Shown in pieces: positions 1 to 9,184 of a stretch of 64,000 bases of DNA. The DNA lies in assembly GCA_965246715.1 (NCBI GenBank), contig CBDFFH010000036.1, positions 1-64,000 on the forward strand, written 5' to 3'. The stretch comes from Chamaesiphon sp. Lineage in GTDB: Bacteria > Cyanobacteriota > Cyanobacteriia > Cyanobacteriales > Chamaesiphonaceae. Both the position numbers and the translations under genes were made by a program. The notes below the pieces were generated by a model. It did no database searches and was not told the DNA's origin. It was given only the letters and a program-made list of their open reading frames with translations. Each line of letters begins with the position of its first letter. Position 1 is the stretch's first letter.

Positions 1-42
1 ATATTTAATCTCAGCAAAACCTCGCATTCGATCGGAAATAAT

Positions 43-133
43 TAACCTGAGTTCGGGATAAGAGTTACCTGGAGACTGGAAATCGGCGGCGGTGCTGGAA
101 CGAAGCCAATATCCTTAAACCGAACTGACGTTA
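43..133. mobile_element. MITE family A (short copy)
   Basis: Terminal inverted repeats TAACCTGAGTTCGGGATAA ... CCTTAAACCGAACTGACGTTA; similar TIRs recur five more times in the window. Confidence 0.75.
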
Positions 134-268
134 ATTGCATGTCGATCGCATCTTTTAATTGGTAGATGAATGATTGTCGATCGGGTGGGTTTCAATCGAG
201 CTAAATATTACGGCAAAGATGCTTAACATAAACCCGCCAATGCGATCGTTCCATCGATCGGGCAACTG

Positions 269-653
269 CTAGATCGTAAATTCTGGATATTGAATATCTC
301 CATAAGCCATATCTCGATCGAATGCCGATAGAGTTTGGTTCTGTGCGCTAACACTATTCAGACAATTACAGACTAAAATTGCCACATCAGCACGGTGGAT
401 ACTACCAGCCACATTAGTTGCCGCTGATTATCGTCCCGATATCTGGGTATCTAGCGATCGCCGCTTGGACATCTGCATAGTCGATCGCATCTCCAATAAC
501 TATTTTCGCGCCCAATTCTTCCAATTCACCACGAGTATCGGCAGTTCTTAATAATGCAACAACTGAATTATTTTTGGCAGTCAAAATCTTGACGATCTCT
601 CGGCCTACACCGCGACTCGCTCCTGCGATTAAAATAGATTGTCGATCGAGCAT
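269..653 (-). pseudogene. SDR/NAD(P)-binding Rossmann oxidoreductase, internally deleted and frameshifted
   Basis: N-terminus has GASRGVG; after the early stop another frame gives the typical C-terminus VAGSIHRADVA...TLSAFDRDMAYG...EFTI*; the middle of the fold is missing. Confidence 0.75.
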
Positions 654-1211
654 TTTTACCTGTCCCTAAAAGTTATTATCGATATCTCATTATATTTTAA
701 TACTCTCGCTCGAAATTAGCTGCCTATTAATGATGAATATATCGAGCCGACCGCCAGATTGCCGACGATCGAACGATTTTTTGTGTTCGTAGTGATGTGG
801 GTGTAAATATCCGAACAACTAAGCGAAATAGGAGTTTCGAGCATCGAGCGATTGCTCAGGTATTTTTAATTTGAAGTACCTGGCAAACTCCTCAGAATAA
901 TACCTGCAAAGATCGGAACTAACAAGCTGTTCGGCCGCGATTGAGTCAGCAAAAATTGCTAGATTGAATTTGTATAGATCTTAAAGATGTGAGTTCGATC
1001 GCTCAACCAATCTTAAATTTCTAGGTTGGCAAATGCTGTTGCTAAAGCGGGTGAAAGTCGATCGATCGGCTTGTATATACCAAAGGATATGTCCCCAGTC
1101 TTGTAGCGCTGCGTGGTTCCACCAGCATTGAAGGTTAGGGGGCTTTCTAGAGACTTGTCAGACGCGATCGAGATACAATTGACTAAGACAATCACGATTT
1201 AAAATTTTCTG

Positions 1212-1484
1212 ATGGATATTGTTAGAGTTATTGAAATTATTTGGTCGGTGTCCGCCTTCGGTTTGATCGCAATGGTATTACTGCATAGTCCGAAAGGCGA
1301 TGGCATCGGCGGGATCGGCGGTCAGGCGCAATTATTTAGCAGTACCAAAAGTGCTGAAAGCAACCTCAATCGGGTTACTTGGGGTCTATTTCTAATTTTT
1401 ATCACGCTGACGATCGTCCTCAGTGCTGGCTGGCTATCTACACCGATTACAGCGCCGATCGCTGTTCCTTCTATCGGCCAATAA
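1212..1484 (+). CDS. secG: Preprotein translocase subunit SecG
   Basis: VLLHSPKGDGIGGIGGQAQLFSSTKSAE motif, two TM helices. Confidence 0.95.
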   Translation: MDIVRVIEIIWSVSAFGLIAMVLLHSPKGDGIGGIGGQAQLFSSTKSAESNLNRVTWGLFLIFITLTIVLSAGWLSTPITAPIAVPSIGQ

Positions 1485-1640
1485 CACAACATCTTTGGCG
1501 GTTTAATCGATATCGTTGGTGGCAGCGTTTCGCCAGCGATATCGAACGCACCGATCGCATCCCCTGCTGTATTTGTATTACGGATGGGGCAATTAAGCCA
1601 TGAGTTCGAGCGAATTGGTAATATTCTGAAATCAATTAGT

Positions 1641-1675
1641 GTAAAACATCATACTACTTAGTAAAGATTTGTAAA
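1641..1675. promoter_or_regulatory. Putative NtcA box (GTA-N8-TAC, 1641-1654) and HLR1/RpaB-like direct repeat (1658-1675, minus strand) upstream of cruF
   Basis: GTAAAACATCATAC; reverse complement TTTACAAA-TC-TTTACTAA. Confidence 0.4.
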
Positions 1676-1712
1676 CTATGAATTAAACCCATAATTCTAT
1701 CGCAGTATATCT

Positions 1713-2594
1713 ATGGAAAAACTTATACGTATCGAGCAGAGCCTGCTGATCGGTCACATCTTGTCGATGGCATTTGGTTTGGCTGGAATATTAATAGTAT
1801 TGCCGAATGCCGATCTGATCGCTCAGTTACCAGAGATCGGCAGAACAGCACTACCTTGGTCGATGGCTTGTGGCGGCGCAATCTATATGCTTTTAGGGAC
1901 GGCTGCTGTGGCTGTGTATGCCTATCGGACGCTCGGACTGTGGCATTGTCTCGGTTTTATGCTTCCAGCGATCGTGTTGTCATTAGGCAGTGAGTTATTA
2001 GGTACTAGTACTGGATTTCCATTCGGGCATTATCGGTATTTAGACGGATTGGGTTATAAAATCGCCGGATTGGTACCATTTACGATTCCCTTGTCTTGGT
2101 TTTATGTCGGCTTTAGTGCTTATCTAATTGCCCTAGCTGGACTGGAAACGCGCGCGATTTCTCAAGTTTCCAAGTATGCAGGCGCGATCGGGTTTGGCTC
2201 GCTACTATTGACATCTTGGGATTTTGTCCTCGATCCAGCGATGAGTCAAGCAACGCTCCCCTTTTGGGTCTGGGAGCAACCTGGAGAATTTTTTGGAATG
2301 CCCTATCAAAACTTTGCTGGGTGGTTTGGTACGGGAGTGGTATTTATGTCCGTAGCTACATTTATCTGGCAGGCAAAACCGATGAGTGTACCGCGTAGCA
2401 ATCTGGGATTACCCTTAGCAATTTATTTAGGTAATTTTGCCTTCGCTACAGTTATGAGTTTGGCCGCTGGAATTTACATTCCGATCGGGATTGGGATCGT
2501 GTTGGGTGTCTTGCCATTGCTAGTACTTTACCAAATGGCCACTACTAGCTCGAGCGATCTAGTTGCTGAATCACTAAAACCAGAAGTTAATTAG
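1713..2594 (+). CDS. cruF: Carotenoid 1',2'-hydratase CruF (myxoxanthophyll pathway)
   Basis: SELLGTSTGFPFGHY, WDFVLDPAM and GMPYQNFAGW motifs; next to cruG. Confidence 0.9.
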   Translation: MEKLIRIEQSLLIGHILSMAFGLAGILIVLPNADLIAQLPEIGRTALPWSMACGGAIYMLLGTAAVAVYAYRTLGLWHCLGFMLPAIVLSLGSELLGTSTGFPFGHYRYLDGLGYKIAGLVPFTIPLSWFYVGFSAYLIALAGLETRAISQVSKYAGAIGFGSLLLTSWDFVLDPAMSQATLPFWVWEQPGEFFGMPYQNFAGWFGTGVVFMSVATFIWQAKPMSVPRSNLGLPLAIYLGNFAFATVMSLAAGIYIPIGIGIVLGVLPLLVLYQMATTSSSDLVAESLKPEVN

Positions 2595-2623
2595 GAGATC
2601 GTGACTAGCTTTGTGATTCACTA

Positions 2624-3817
2624 ATGACTGACTTTACTATGCAAATATCGGGCGTACTGTCGCTAGGACTGCTATTGTGCCAAGGTACCGCAACATTAAT
2701 TTTGTTGTCGCGGTTGGTCAAAGGGGCGATTCGTCGTCCGCCACTGGAGCCGCTAACGACAGCTCCGAGCCAATCCGGTGCGGTGAGTGTGGTGGTACCA
2801 ACGCTAAATGAAGTCGATCGGATTGCGCCTTGTTTGATCGGATTGAGTCAGCAGGGTGACGAAGTGCGGGAAATTATTGTCGTCGATAGTAATTCTCAAG
2901 ATGGTACACGCGATCGAGTCAAAGATGCCGCCGAGCTAGATCCGCGATTTCGGCTGATGACGGACGACCCCTTACCTGCGGGTTGGGTGGGTCGTCCGTG
3001 GGCGTTGCATAATGGATTTTTGTTTAGTTCGCCCGATAGTGAGTGGATCTTGGGCATCGATGCGGATACCGAGCCACAACCCGGACTGGTGACAAGTTTA
3101 GTTGCAGCCGCGATCGCTGAAGACTATGATTTAGTCTCGCTCTCGCCTCAATTTATCCTTCAGTATCCAGGCGAATGGTGGTTTCAACCAGCATTATTGA
3201 TGACGCTGCTGTATCGCTTTGACTCAGCCGGAGTCCGAAATCAGCCACCAGATCGGGTGATGGCAAATGGACAGTGCTTTTTGTGTAAGCGATCGGTTTT
3301 AGAGAAATTAGACGGGTATACTAGTGCCGCAGGTTCGTTCTGCGATGATGTCACCCTAGCGCGCAATGCTGCCAAACAAGGCTTTAAAGTCGGGTTTCTC
3401 GATGGTGCGAAGGTGATTCGCGTGCGGATGTATGCAGGACTGGTGGAAACTTGGCACGAATGGGGGAGATCGATCGATCTCAAGGATGCAGCGACACCAG
3501 CGCAAGTCTGGGGAGATGTCGCATTACTATTGCTGACACAAGCACTTCCGTTACCACTGACTTTAATTTTTTGGAGTTACGGTAGGTGGGAAAATGCATT
3601 TCTCACTTTGCAACTAGCGATCGGTTTAAACTTATTGTTGGTTATGATTCGCTGCGCGTTGTTGCTAGCAATTTACCCTTCTTATTACCGTCCAAACCGA
3701 TTTGCTCCGGCTGTTTGGCTATTTTGGCTATCGCCATTAGCCGACTCACTAGCAGTACTACGTATTATCCTCTCATCTTGGCAAATACCCAAACAATGGC
3801 GCGGCCGAATGTATTAA
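2624..3817 (+). CDS. cruG: Carotenoid 2'-O-glycosyltransferase CruG (GT2)
   Basis: VVVPTLNE, GWVGRPWAL, DAD, ANGQC and DDV motifs; operon with cruF. Confidence 0.9.
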   Translation: MTDFTMQISGVLSLGLLLCQGTATLILLSRLVKGAIRRPPLEPLTTAPSQSGAVSVVVPTLNEVDRIAPCLIGLSQQGDEVREIIVVDSNSQDGTRDRVKDAAELDPRFRLMTDDPLPAGWVGRPWALHNGFLFSSPDSEWILGIDADTEPQPGLVTSLVAAAIAEDYDLVSLSPQFILQYPGEWWFQPALLMTLLYRFDSAGVRNQPPDRVMANGQCFLCKRSVLEKLDGYTSAAGSFCDDVTLARNAAKQGFKVGFLDGAKVIRVRMYAGLVETWHEWGRSIDLKDAATPAQVWGDVALLLLTQALPLPLTLIFWSYGRWENAFLTLQLAIGLNLLLVMIRCALLLAIYPSYYRPNRFAPAVWLFWLSPLADSLAVLRIILSSWQIPKQWRGRMY

Positions 3818-3860
3818 GTCAGGACGCACACATCTTTGGGAGATGTTCCGATCTAATTTT

Positions 3861-3960
3861 GGCGTTGCTGAATCGGGGGATGATTTTTTGGTAGGGGTGC
3901 CCCTTGTGGGTACCCTGAATCGATGTGGGGTAAGCACGAGGCATTACCCCTACAAAAAAG
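3861..3960. repeat. Partial MITE family C copy (left TIR GGCGTTGCTGAAT plus GTAGGGG...CCCCTAC hairpin)
   Basis: Homologous to 25218-25399 and 55659-55840 but lacks their 49-nt internal insert and a clear right TIR. Confidence 0.7.
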
Positions 3961-4233
3961 TCAACCGCTAATTAGCCTGACTGCTAGATTCGATCGCTTA
4001 GCGATCGAGATAACTGACGTAATGGTAGTTTCGATTTATACTGGTTTCCTGCTTAAACAGCTTAACCCCCTTTTTCTCTAATTCAATCCTCATTAGCCAT
4101 AGCTTGGCAGCCAACCGACGACTCAACTTGTCAGCGGGAGGGTGCGAGCGGATCGATCGTGAGTAAATATTAGTGCTAAAAGTTAAGCGGGAAAGTGGGA
4201 TAGATAATTTGCCCAGTTAAACCACTAATATCG

Positions 4234-5157
4234 ATGTTGAAACTACTCACGCATTTTTTAGCTGGATGCCTCTTAGCAATCATATTCAATCCATTGGCTC
4301 ATGCCGTTCCCAGCGTCCAAATTCCAGCACCTAAAACAACCGTTACTGCTTTATCTGTTGGCACGATTCCGCTTAGGAGAGAGTTGACTTCGCTCAAAGC
4401 ACAAATGCAGATGACGATCGCTAATTATCCAGCACTATCTCCAGGTATATTTGCGATCGATGTTGAGACAGGTGACTATGTAAATATCGGTGGCGATCTC
4501 GTTTTCTCTGCCGCAAGTACGATCGAACTGCCGATTTTACTAGCATTTTTTGAAGCAGTAGATGCAGGCAAAATCGATTTAAATGAAATGCTGATTGTCG
4601 AACGCGACGCGATCGCTAGTGGCTCGGGAAGGTTACAATATTCCCCTGGTAAGGAGCTAACAGCATTAGAAACTGCGACGCAGATGATCGTCATCAGCGA
4701 TAATACTGCCACGAATATGATAATCGATCGATTGGGCGGTATAGAGTTTATTAATTCTCGCTTTCGTAGTTGGGGCTTACAGAATACCTATATTAAAAAT
4801 AAATTAGGTGATTTTAAAGGCACGAATAAAACTACCCCGATGGATTTGGTGCGGGTAGCCGCGATGATTGCCAAACACAAAATTATTAGCGAACAAAGTC
4901 GCGTCAATGCTTTAGATATTCTCAATGCTACCGAAAATCGGAAGCTGCTAGCAGCGGGATTGGGTGAGGGAGCGCATATCGCGCACAAGACTGGGGATAT
5001 TGGCTTTGTCATTGGCGATGCCGGAATTGTTGAAAAGCCGAATGGCAAACTATATCTAATTGGCGTATTTGTCGTTCGCCCTTATAACGATCTCGATGCC
5101 AGATACTTAGTTCAAGAATTGTCTCGATCGGCTTATATGTATCTATTACAGCAATAG
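4234..5157 (+). CDS. Class A beta-lactamase-like serine hydrolase (SxxK altered to SxxE)
   Basis: Signal peptide; AASTIE, SDN and HKTG motifs. Confidence 0.85.
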   Translation: MLKLLTHFLAGCLLAIIFNPLAHAVPSVQIPAPKTTVTALSVGTIPLRRELTSLKAQMQMTIANYPALSPGIFAIDVETGDYVNIGGDLVFSAASTIELPILLAFFEAVDAGKIDLNEMLIVERDAIASGSGRLQYSPGKELTALETATQMIVISDNTATNMIIDRLGGIEFINSRFRSWGLQNTYIKNKLGDFKGTNKTTPMDLVRVAAMIAKHKIISEQSRVNALDILNATENRKLLAAGLGEGAHIAHKTGDIGFVIGDAGIVEKPNGKLYLIGVFVVRPYNDLDARYLVQELSRSAYMYLLQQ

Positions 5158-5216
5158 CTTTGGTTCGTTCGATCTAATCGAACGTCGCGCCCCAACGATC
5201 GCGCGACAAGATACAA

Positions 5217-5369
5217 CCGCTAGTGATGCTTAGTCCGGTTGTTGCCGCGAGCGGCAAAAGCCTGCCTACACGGACTAACAGTTTCTAGAACCTGCATAGA
5301 CAGGTTTTGCAAATGTAGCAGCGGTTGAAACCGCTAGGCTACTAAAAATCGGACTTTTCAGACATCCTT
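5217..5369. repeat. Palindromic dispersed repeat family B
   Basis: Near-identical to 18913-19057 (GCGGTTGAAACCGC, AGTCC..GCCTACRCGGACT, ACTTTTCAGACATCC). Confidence 0.75.
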
Positions 5370-5445
5370 TAAGACTAAAACGCTACAACCTCGATCCTCA
5401 CACCCTATAATGGATCGATACCGTAAACATTCAGCATTTACTACT

Positions 5446-8400
5446 GTGGCAGCACCAGGAAGTTACAAAAACACCGTAAACTTACCCCAGACTAAGTTTG
5501 ACATGCGCGCGAATGCCGTCAAACGCGAACCCGAACTGCAAAAATTCTGGGCAGACGAGCAGATTTTTGAACGGCTGTCACAGTCCAATCCTGGCGAGAT
5601 TTTTGTGCTACACGATGGCCCGCCGTATGCCAATGGCACGCTGCATATGGGGCACGCGCTGAATAAAACGCTCAAAGATATCATCAATCGCTACCAACTG
5701 CTCAAAGGGCGCAAGGTGCGCTATGTCCCTGGGTGGGATTGTCACGGACTACCGATCGAGCTTAAAGTCATCCAAGACATGAAGCCAGAGGAACGCAAAA
5801 ATCTCAGCCCATTAGAACTCCGGCAGAAGGCGGCGGCATTTGCACTGAAGACGGTTGAGGAACAGAAGATCGGCTTTAAACGCATGGGTATCTGGGGCGA
5901 ATGGGATAAACCCTATCTTACGCTCCAACCGGAATACGAAGCCGCCCAGATCGGCGTATTTGGGCAAATGGTGTTGAAGGGGTATATCTATCGCGGCTTG
6001 AAACCCGTACATTGGAGTCCCAGTTCCAAGACAGCGTTGGCAGAAGCAGAGCTGGAATATCCCGACAATCACGTCTCGCGGAGTATTTTCACTGCTTTTA
6101 AAGTAACGCAGCTTGTCGATGCTGCTAAGGCGATTTTAGAGCCATTTCAGGACGATTTATCGGTAGCGATCTGGACGACTACGCCGTGGACGATTCCGGC
6201 GAATTTAGCTGTGGCGGTAAATCCCGATCTTAATTATGCTGTTGTCGAAGTCAGCGCGCCTGAAGGTAATAATTATACTGGCTGCAAATACACGATCGTG
6301 GCAGCGGATCTGGTTGCGGGTTTGGCTGCTAAATTTAATCTCAACTTAGAGACTAAGGCGACAATTAAAGGTGCGGCGTTAGAACACTCTACTTATAAAC
6401 ATCCATTGTACGATCGCTATAGCCCGGTAATTATCGGTGGCGACTACATCACGACCGAATCGGGGACTGGGTTGGTACATACTGCACCAGGACACGGGCA
6501 AGAAGATTATATCTCAGGTCAAAAATACGGTCTGGCGATCCTCGCGCCTGTCGATGGCGATGGGAATTTTACGGAGGAAGCTGGGGAATTATTTCAGGGG
6601 GCGAATGTGCTCGGCGATGGCAATGAATTAGTCATCCAAGCATTAAAAGACACTAATTCACTCATTTTAGAAGAAGCATATCCACATAAATACCCCTATG
6701 ATTGGCGGACTAAAAAGCCAACGATCTTCCGCGCGACCGAACAATGGTTTGCCTCGGTGAAAGGATTTAAAGAAGCGGCATTAAAAGCAATTTCTGAAGT
6801 GGAATGGATTCCTGCGATCGGGGAAAATCGAATTACTCCAATGGTCGCCGAACGATCGGATTGGTGTATCTCCCGTCAGCGCAATTGGGGCGTGCCGATT
6901 CCCGTTTTCTATGATGAGGAAACTAACGAACCGCTACTCACAGCAGAAACGATCGACCACGTTCAAAATATCTTCCGCGAGCATGGTTCGGATGCGTGGT
7001 ATTCGATGTCCATTGCGGAATTATTACCCGAAAATCATCGTCACAACGGACGTAGCTATCGCAAGGGTATGGACACGATGGATGTCTGGTTTGACTCCGG
7101 TTCGTCATGGGCGGCGGTAGCTCAACAACGGGATAATCTCACCTATCCAGTGGATATGTATCTCGAAGGTTCCGATCAACATCGGGGGTGGTTCCAATCG
7201 AGCTTGCTTACTAGCGTTGCGAATAATGGCATCGCTCCGTTTAAAACCGTCCTGACACATGGCTTTGTGCTGGATGAAAAAGGTGAGAAGATGAGTAAGT
7301 CAAAGGGGAATATTATCGATCCAATGCTGGTAATGGATGGTGGTAAAAATATCCAAAAAGATCCAGCATACGGTGCAGATGTGGTGCGGTTGTGGGTTTC
7401 TTCGGTAGATTATTCAAATGATGTATTAGTCGGCCCAAATATTCTCAAGCAAATATCCGATGCTTCGCGAAAAATTCGCAATACAGCCCGATATTTATTG
7501 AGTAATACTCACGACTTCGATCCAGCGAAAGATGCCGTTCCTTATGCTGAATTACCCGAACTCGATCGATACATACTACATCGAACGAGTGTGGTGTTGA
7601 GTGAGATTACCGAGTCATTCGATCGCTATCAATTCTTTAAATTCTTCCAGACGATCCAAAATTTCTGTGTGGTCGATTTATCGAACTTCTATTTAGACAT
7701 CGCCAAAGATCGGCTCTATATCAGCTCGCCTAATTCCTTCCGGCGGCGGAGTTGCCAAACCGTACTAGCAATTATCCTCGAAAATCTGACCCGCGCGATC
7801 GCCCCTGTGCTTTGTCACCTGGCAGAAGATATCTGGCAGTTTTTGCCCTATCCTACCCCCTATAAATCGGTGTTTGAGTCTGGTTGGGTGGAACTCGATC
7901 CGCAGTGGTCGCAGCCCGATCTCGCCATCACTTGGGACAAGATTCGCGATTTGCGGACGGATGTTAATAAGGTGATGGAACAGGCGCGGACGGATAAATC
8001 GATTGGTTCTTCGCTAGAGGCGAAGGTACTTTTGCAGGTGGAAGATGCGGTATTGCGGGGTAAGTTGGCGGAGTTGTCTTTTTATAGCTCAACGCAATCA
8101 GAGCACGGAACCCACCCCCAACCCCTCCTCCGAGGGGATCGAGAAGAGAGTAAATCGTCAACACCAACGATCGATAAGTTAGTCAATAGTCCTCAATTAG
8201 CGACTGTCACCGAACTGTTGCGAACCACTGGCGGGATAGTTAATGGATTAGCTTATACCATCCAAAAGATTTACAATCGCGTGCGGGTGTCGGTAATCGG
8301 CGTATTATTAATCCTAGCTGTAGTAGTTACGCTGTATATCGGGATCGCGTTAATGGTCGTCATCGATCGATTACCGCTGCTAGAGACCATACTACAAGGG

Positions 8401-8868
8401 ATCGGAATCGTGATGACAGGCGTATTCTGCTATCGCAATCTGTGGACGAGTAGCAATCGTCAAGCGACATTCGATCGGATTGTCGCTTATCGTCAGGCGA
8501 TCTTTGGAACCAGTCCTACCGTCAGAAAGATTTCGGCAGTACAACATAGTGGCAATCTATCAACAATTCAGAAAACTAACTTGCCCGTTAGTTCGCCCGT
8601 AACACCAACATTACCCACTCGGCAATCTAATGGCGTGGACGAACTCCGCTATCTTTTCCTCGCCTCTCAAGTCGAGCTAATCGATGATGCGAGTAAACTC
8701 CAAGGATTGCAGCATCAAGCAACTAGTGTTGGTGGCAAGATTGGCGTAACGACAGCCGAAGGCGAAAAATGCGATCGCTGTTGGAACTACTCACCTACTG
8801 TCGGACAGGATACCGCACAACCGCTAATTTGCGATCGCTGTATTGATGCGTTAACTGGCGATTTTTAA
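5446..8868 (+). CDS. ileS: Isoleucine--tRNA ligase with internal CAAD membrane-anchor domain
   Basis: HMGH and KMSKS motifs, WTTTPWT editing motif, C-terminal CDRCW zinc finger; likely GTG start at 5446 (ORF track starts at 5410). Confidence 0.97.
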   Translation: MAAPGSYKNTVNLPQTKFDMRANAVKREPELQKFWADEQIFERLSQSNPGEIFVLHDGPPYANGTLHMGHALNKTLKDIINRYQLLKGRKVRYVPGWDCHGLPIELKVIQDMKPEERKNLSPLELRQKAAAFALKTVEEQKIGFKRMGIWGEWDKPYLTLQPEYEAAQIGVFGQMVLKGYIYRGLKPVHWSPSSKTALAEAELEYPDNHVSRSIFTAFKVTQLVDAAKAILEPFQDDLSVAIWTTTPWTIPANLAVAVNPDLNYAVVEVSAPEGNNYTGCKYTIVAADLVAGLAAKFNLNLETKATIKGAALEHSTYKHPLYDRYSPVIIGGDYITTESGTGLVHTAPGHGQEDYISGQKYGLAILAPVDGDGNFTEEAGELFQGANVLGDGNELVIQALKDTNSLILEEAYPHKYPYDWRTKKPTIFRATEQWFASVKGFKEAALKAISEVEWIPAIGENRITPMVAERSDWCISRQRNWGVPIPVFYDEETNEPLLTAETIDHVQNIFREHGSDAWYSMSIAELLPENHRHNGRSYRKGMDTMDVWFDSGSSWAAVAQQRDNLTYPVDMYLEGSDQHRGWFQSSLLTSVANNGIAPFKTVLTHGFVLDEKGEKMSKSKGNIIDPMLVMDGGKNIQKDPAYGADVVRLWVSSVDYSNDVLVGPNILKQISDASRKIRNTARYLLSNTHDFDPAKDAVPYAELPELDRYILHRTSVVLSEITESFDRYQFFKFFQTIQNFCVVDLSNFYLDIAKDRLYISSPNSFRRRSCQTVLAIILENLTRAIAPVLCHLAEDIWQFLPYPTPYKSVFESGWVELDPQWSQPDLAITWDKIRDLRTDVNKVMEQARTDKSIGSSLEAKVLLQVEDAVLRGKLAELSFYSSTQSEHGTHPQPLLRGDREESKSSTPTIDKLVNSPQLATVTELLRTTGGIVNGLAYTIQKIYNRVRVSVIGVLLILAVVVTLYIGIALMVVIDRLPLLETILQGIGIVMTGVFCYRNLWTSSNRQATFDRIVAYRQAIFGTSPTVRKISAVQHSGNLSTIQKTNLPVSSPVTPTLPTRQSNGVDELRYLFLASQVELIDDASKLQGLQHQATSVGGKIGVTTAEGEKCDRCWNYSPTVGQDTAQPLICDRCIDALTGDF

Positions 8869-8989
8869 AAACCGAGTGAATTTAAATTAGCCGAAAGTCT
8901 AGAATGAAGTACTTATCCTAGACTTTTGTCATTCTAGTCGCGAATCTTGCTCTCAAGTGTTAGACGACAATTCTTGGCACGCTCAAATC

Positions 8990-9031
8990 TGAACGGACAA
9001 GGCATCGAGAGCGAGATGCCTTGTCCGTTCA
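8990..9031. terminator. Strong hairpin between convergent ileS and thrS
   Basis: TGAACGGACAAGGCATC-N8-GATGCCTTGTCCGTTCA, a perfect 17-bp stem. Confidence 0.6.
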
Positions 9032-9184
9032 TGTTTGGGGTGACTCAGCTTCTTACTTTGACCCGAATGCCCTTGCTAGGACTGAGCTACGTCGAAGTGT
9101 AACCTTGGGTTATGACAGTAATCGTACTCCAAAGCTAGCGATGGTGAAATCTAGGGATAACCAATAACACCCCAAATGAGATAA

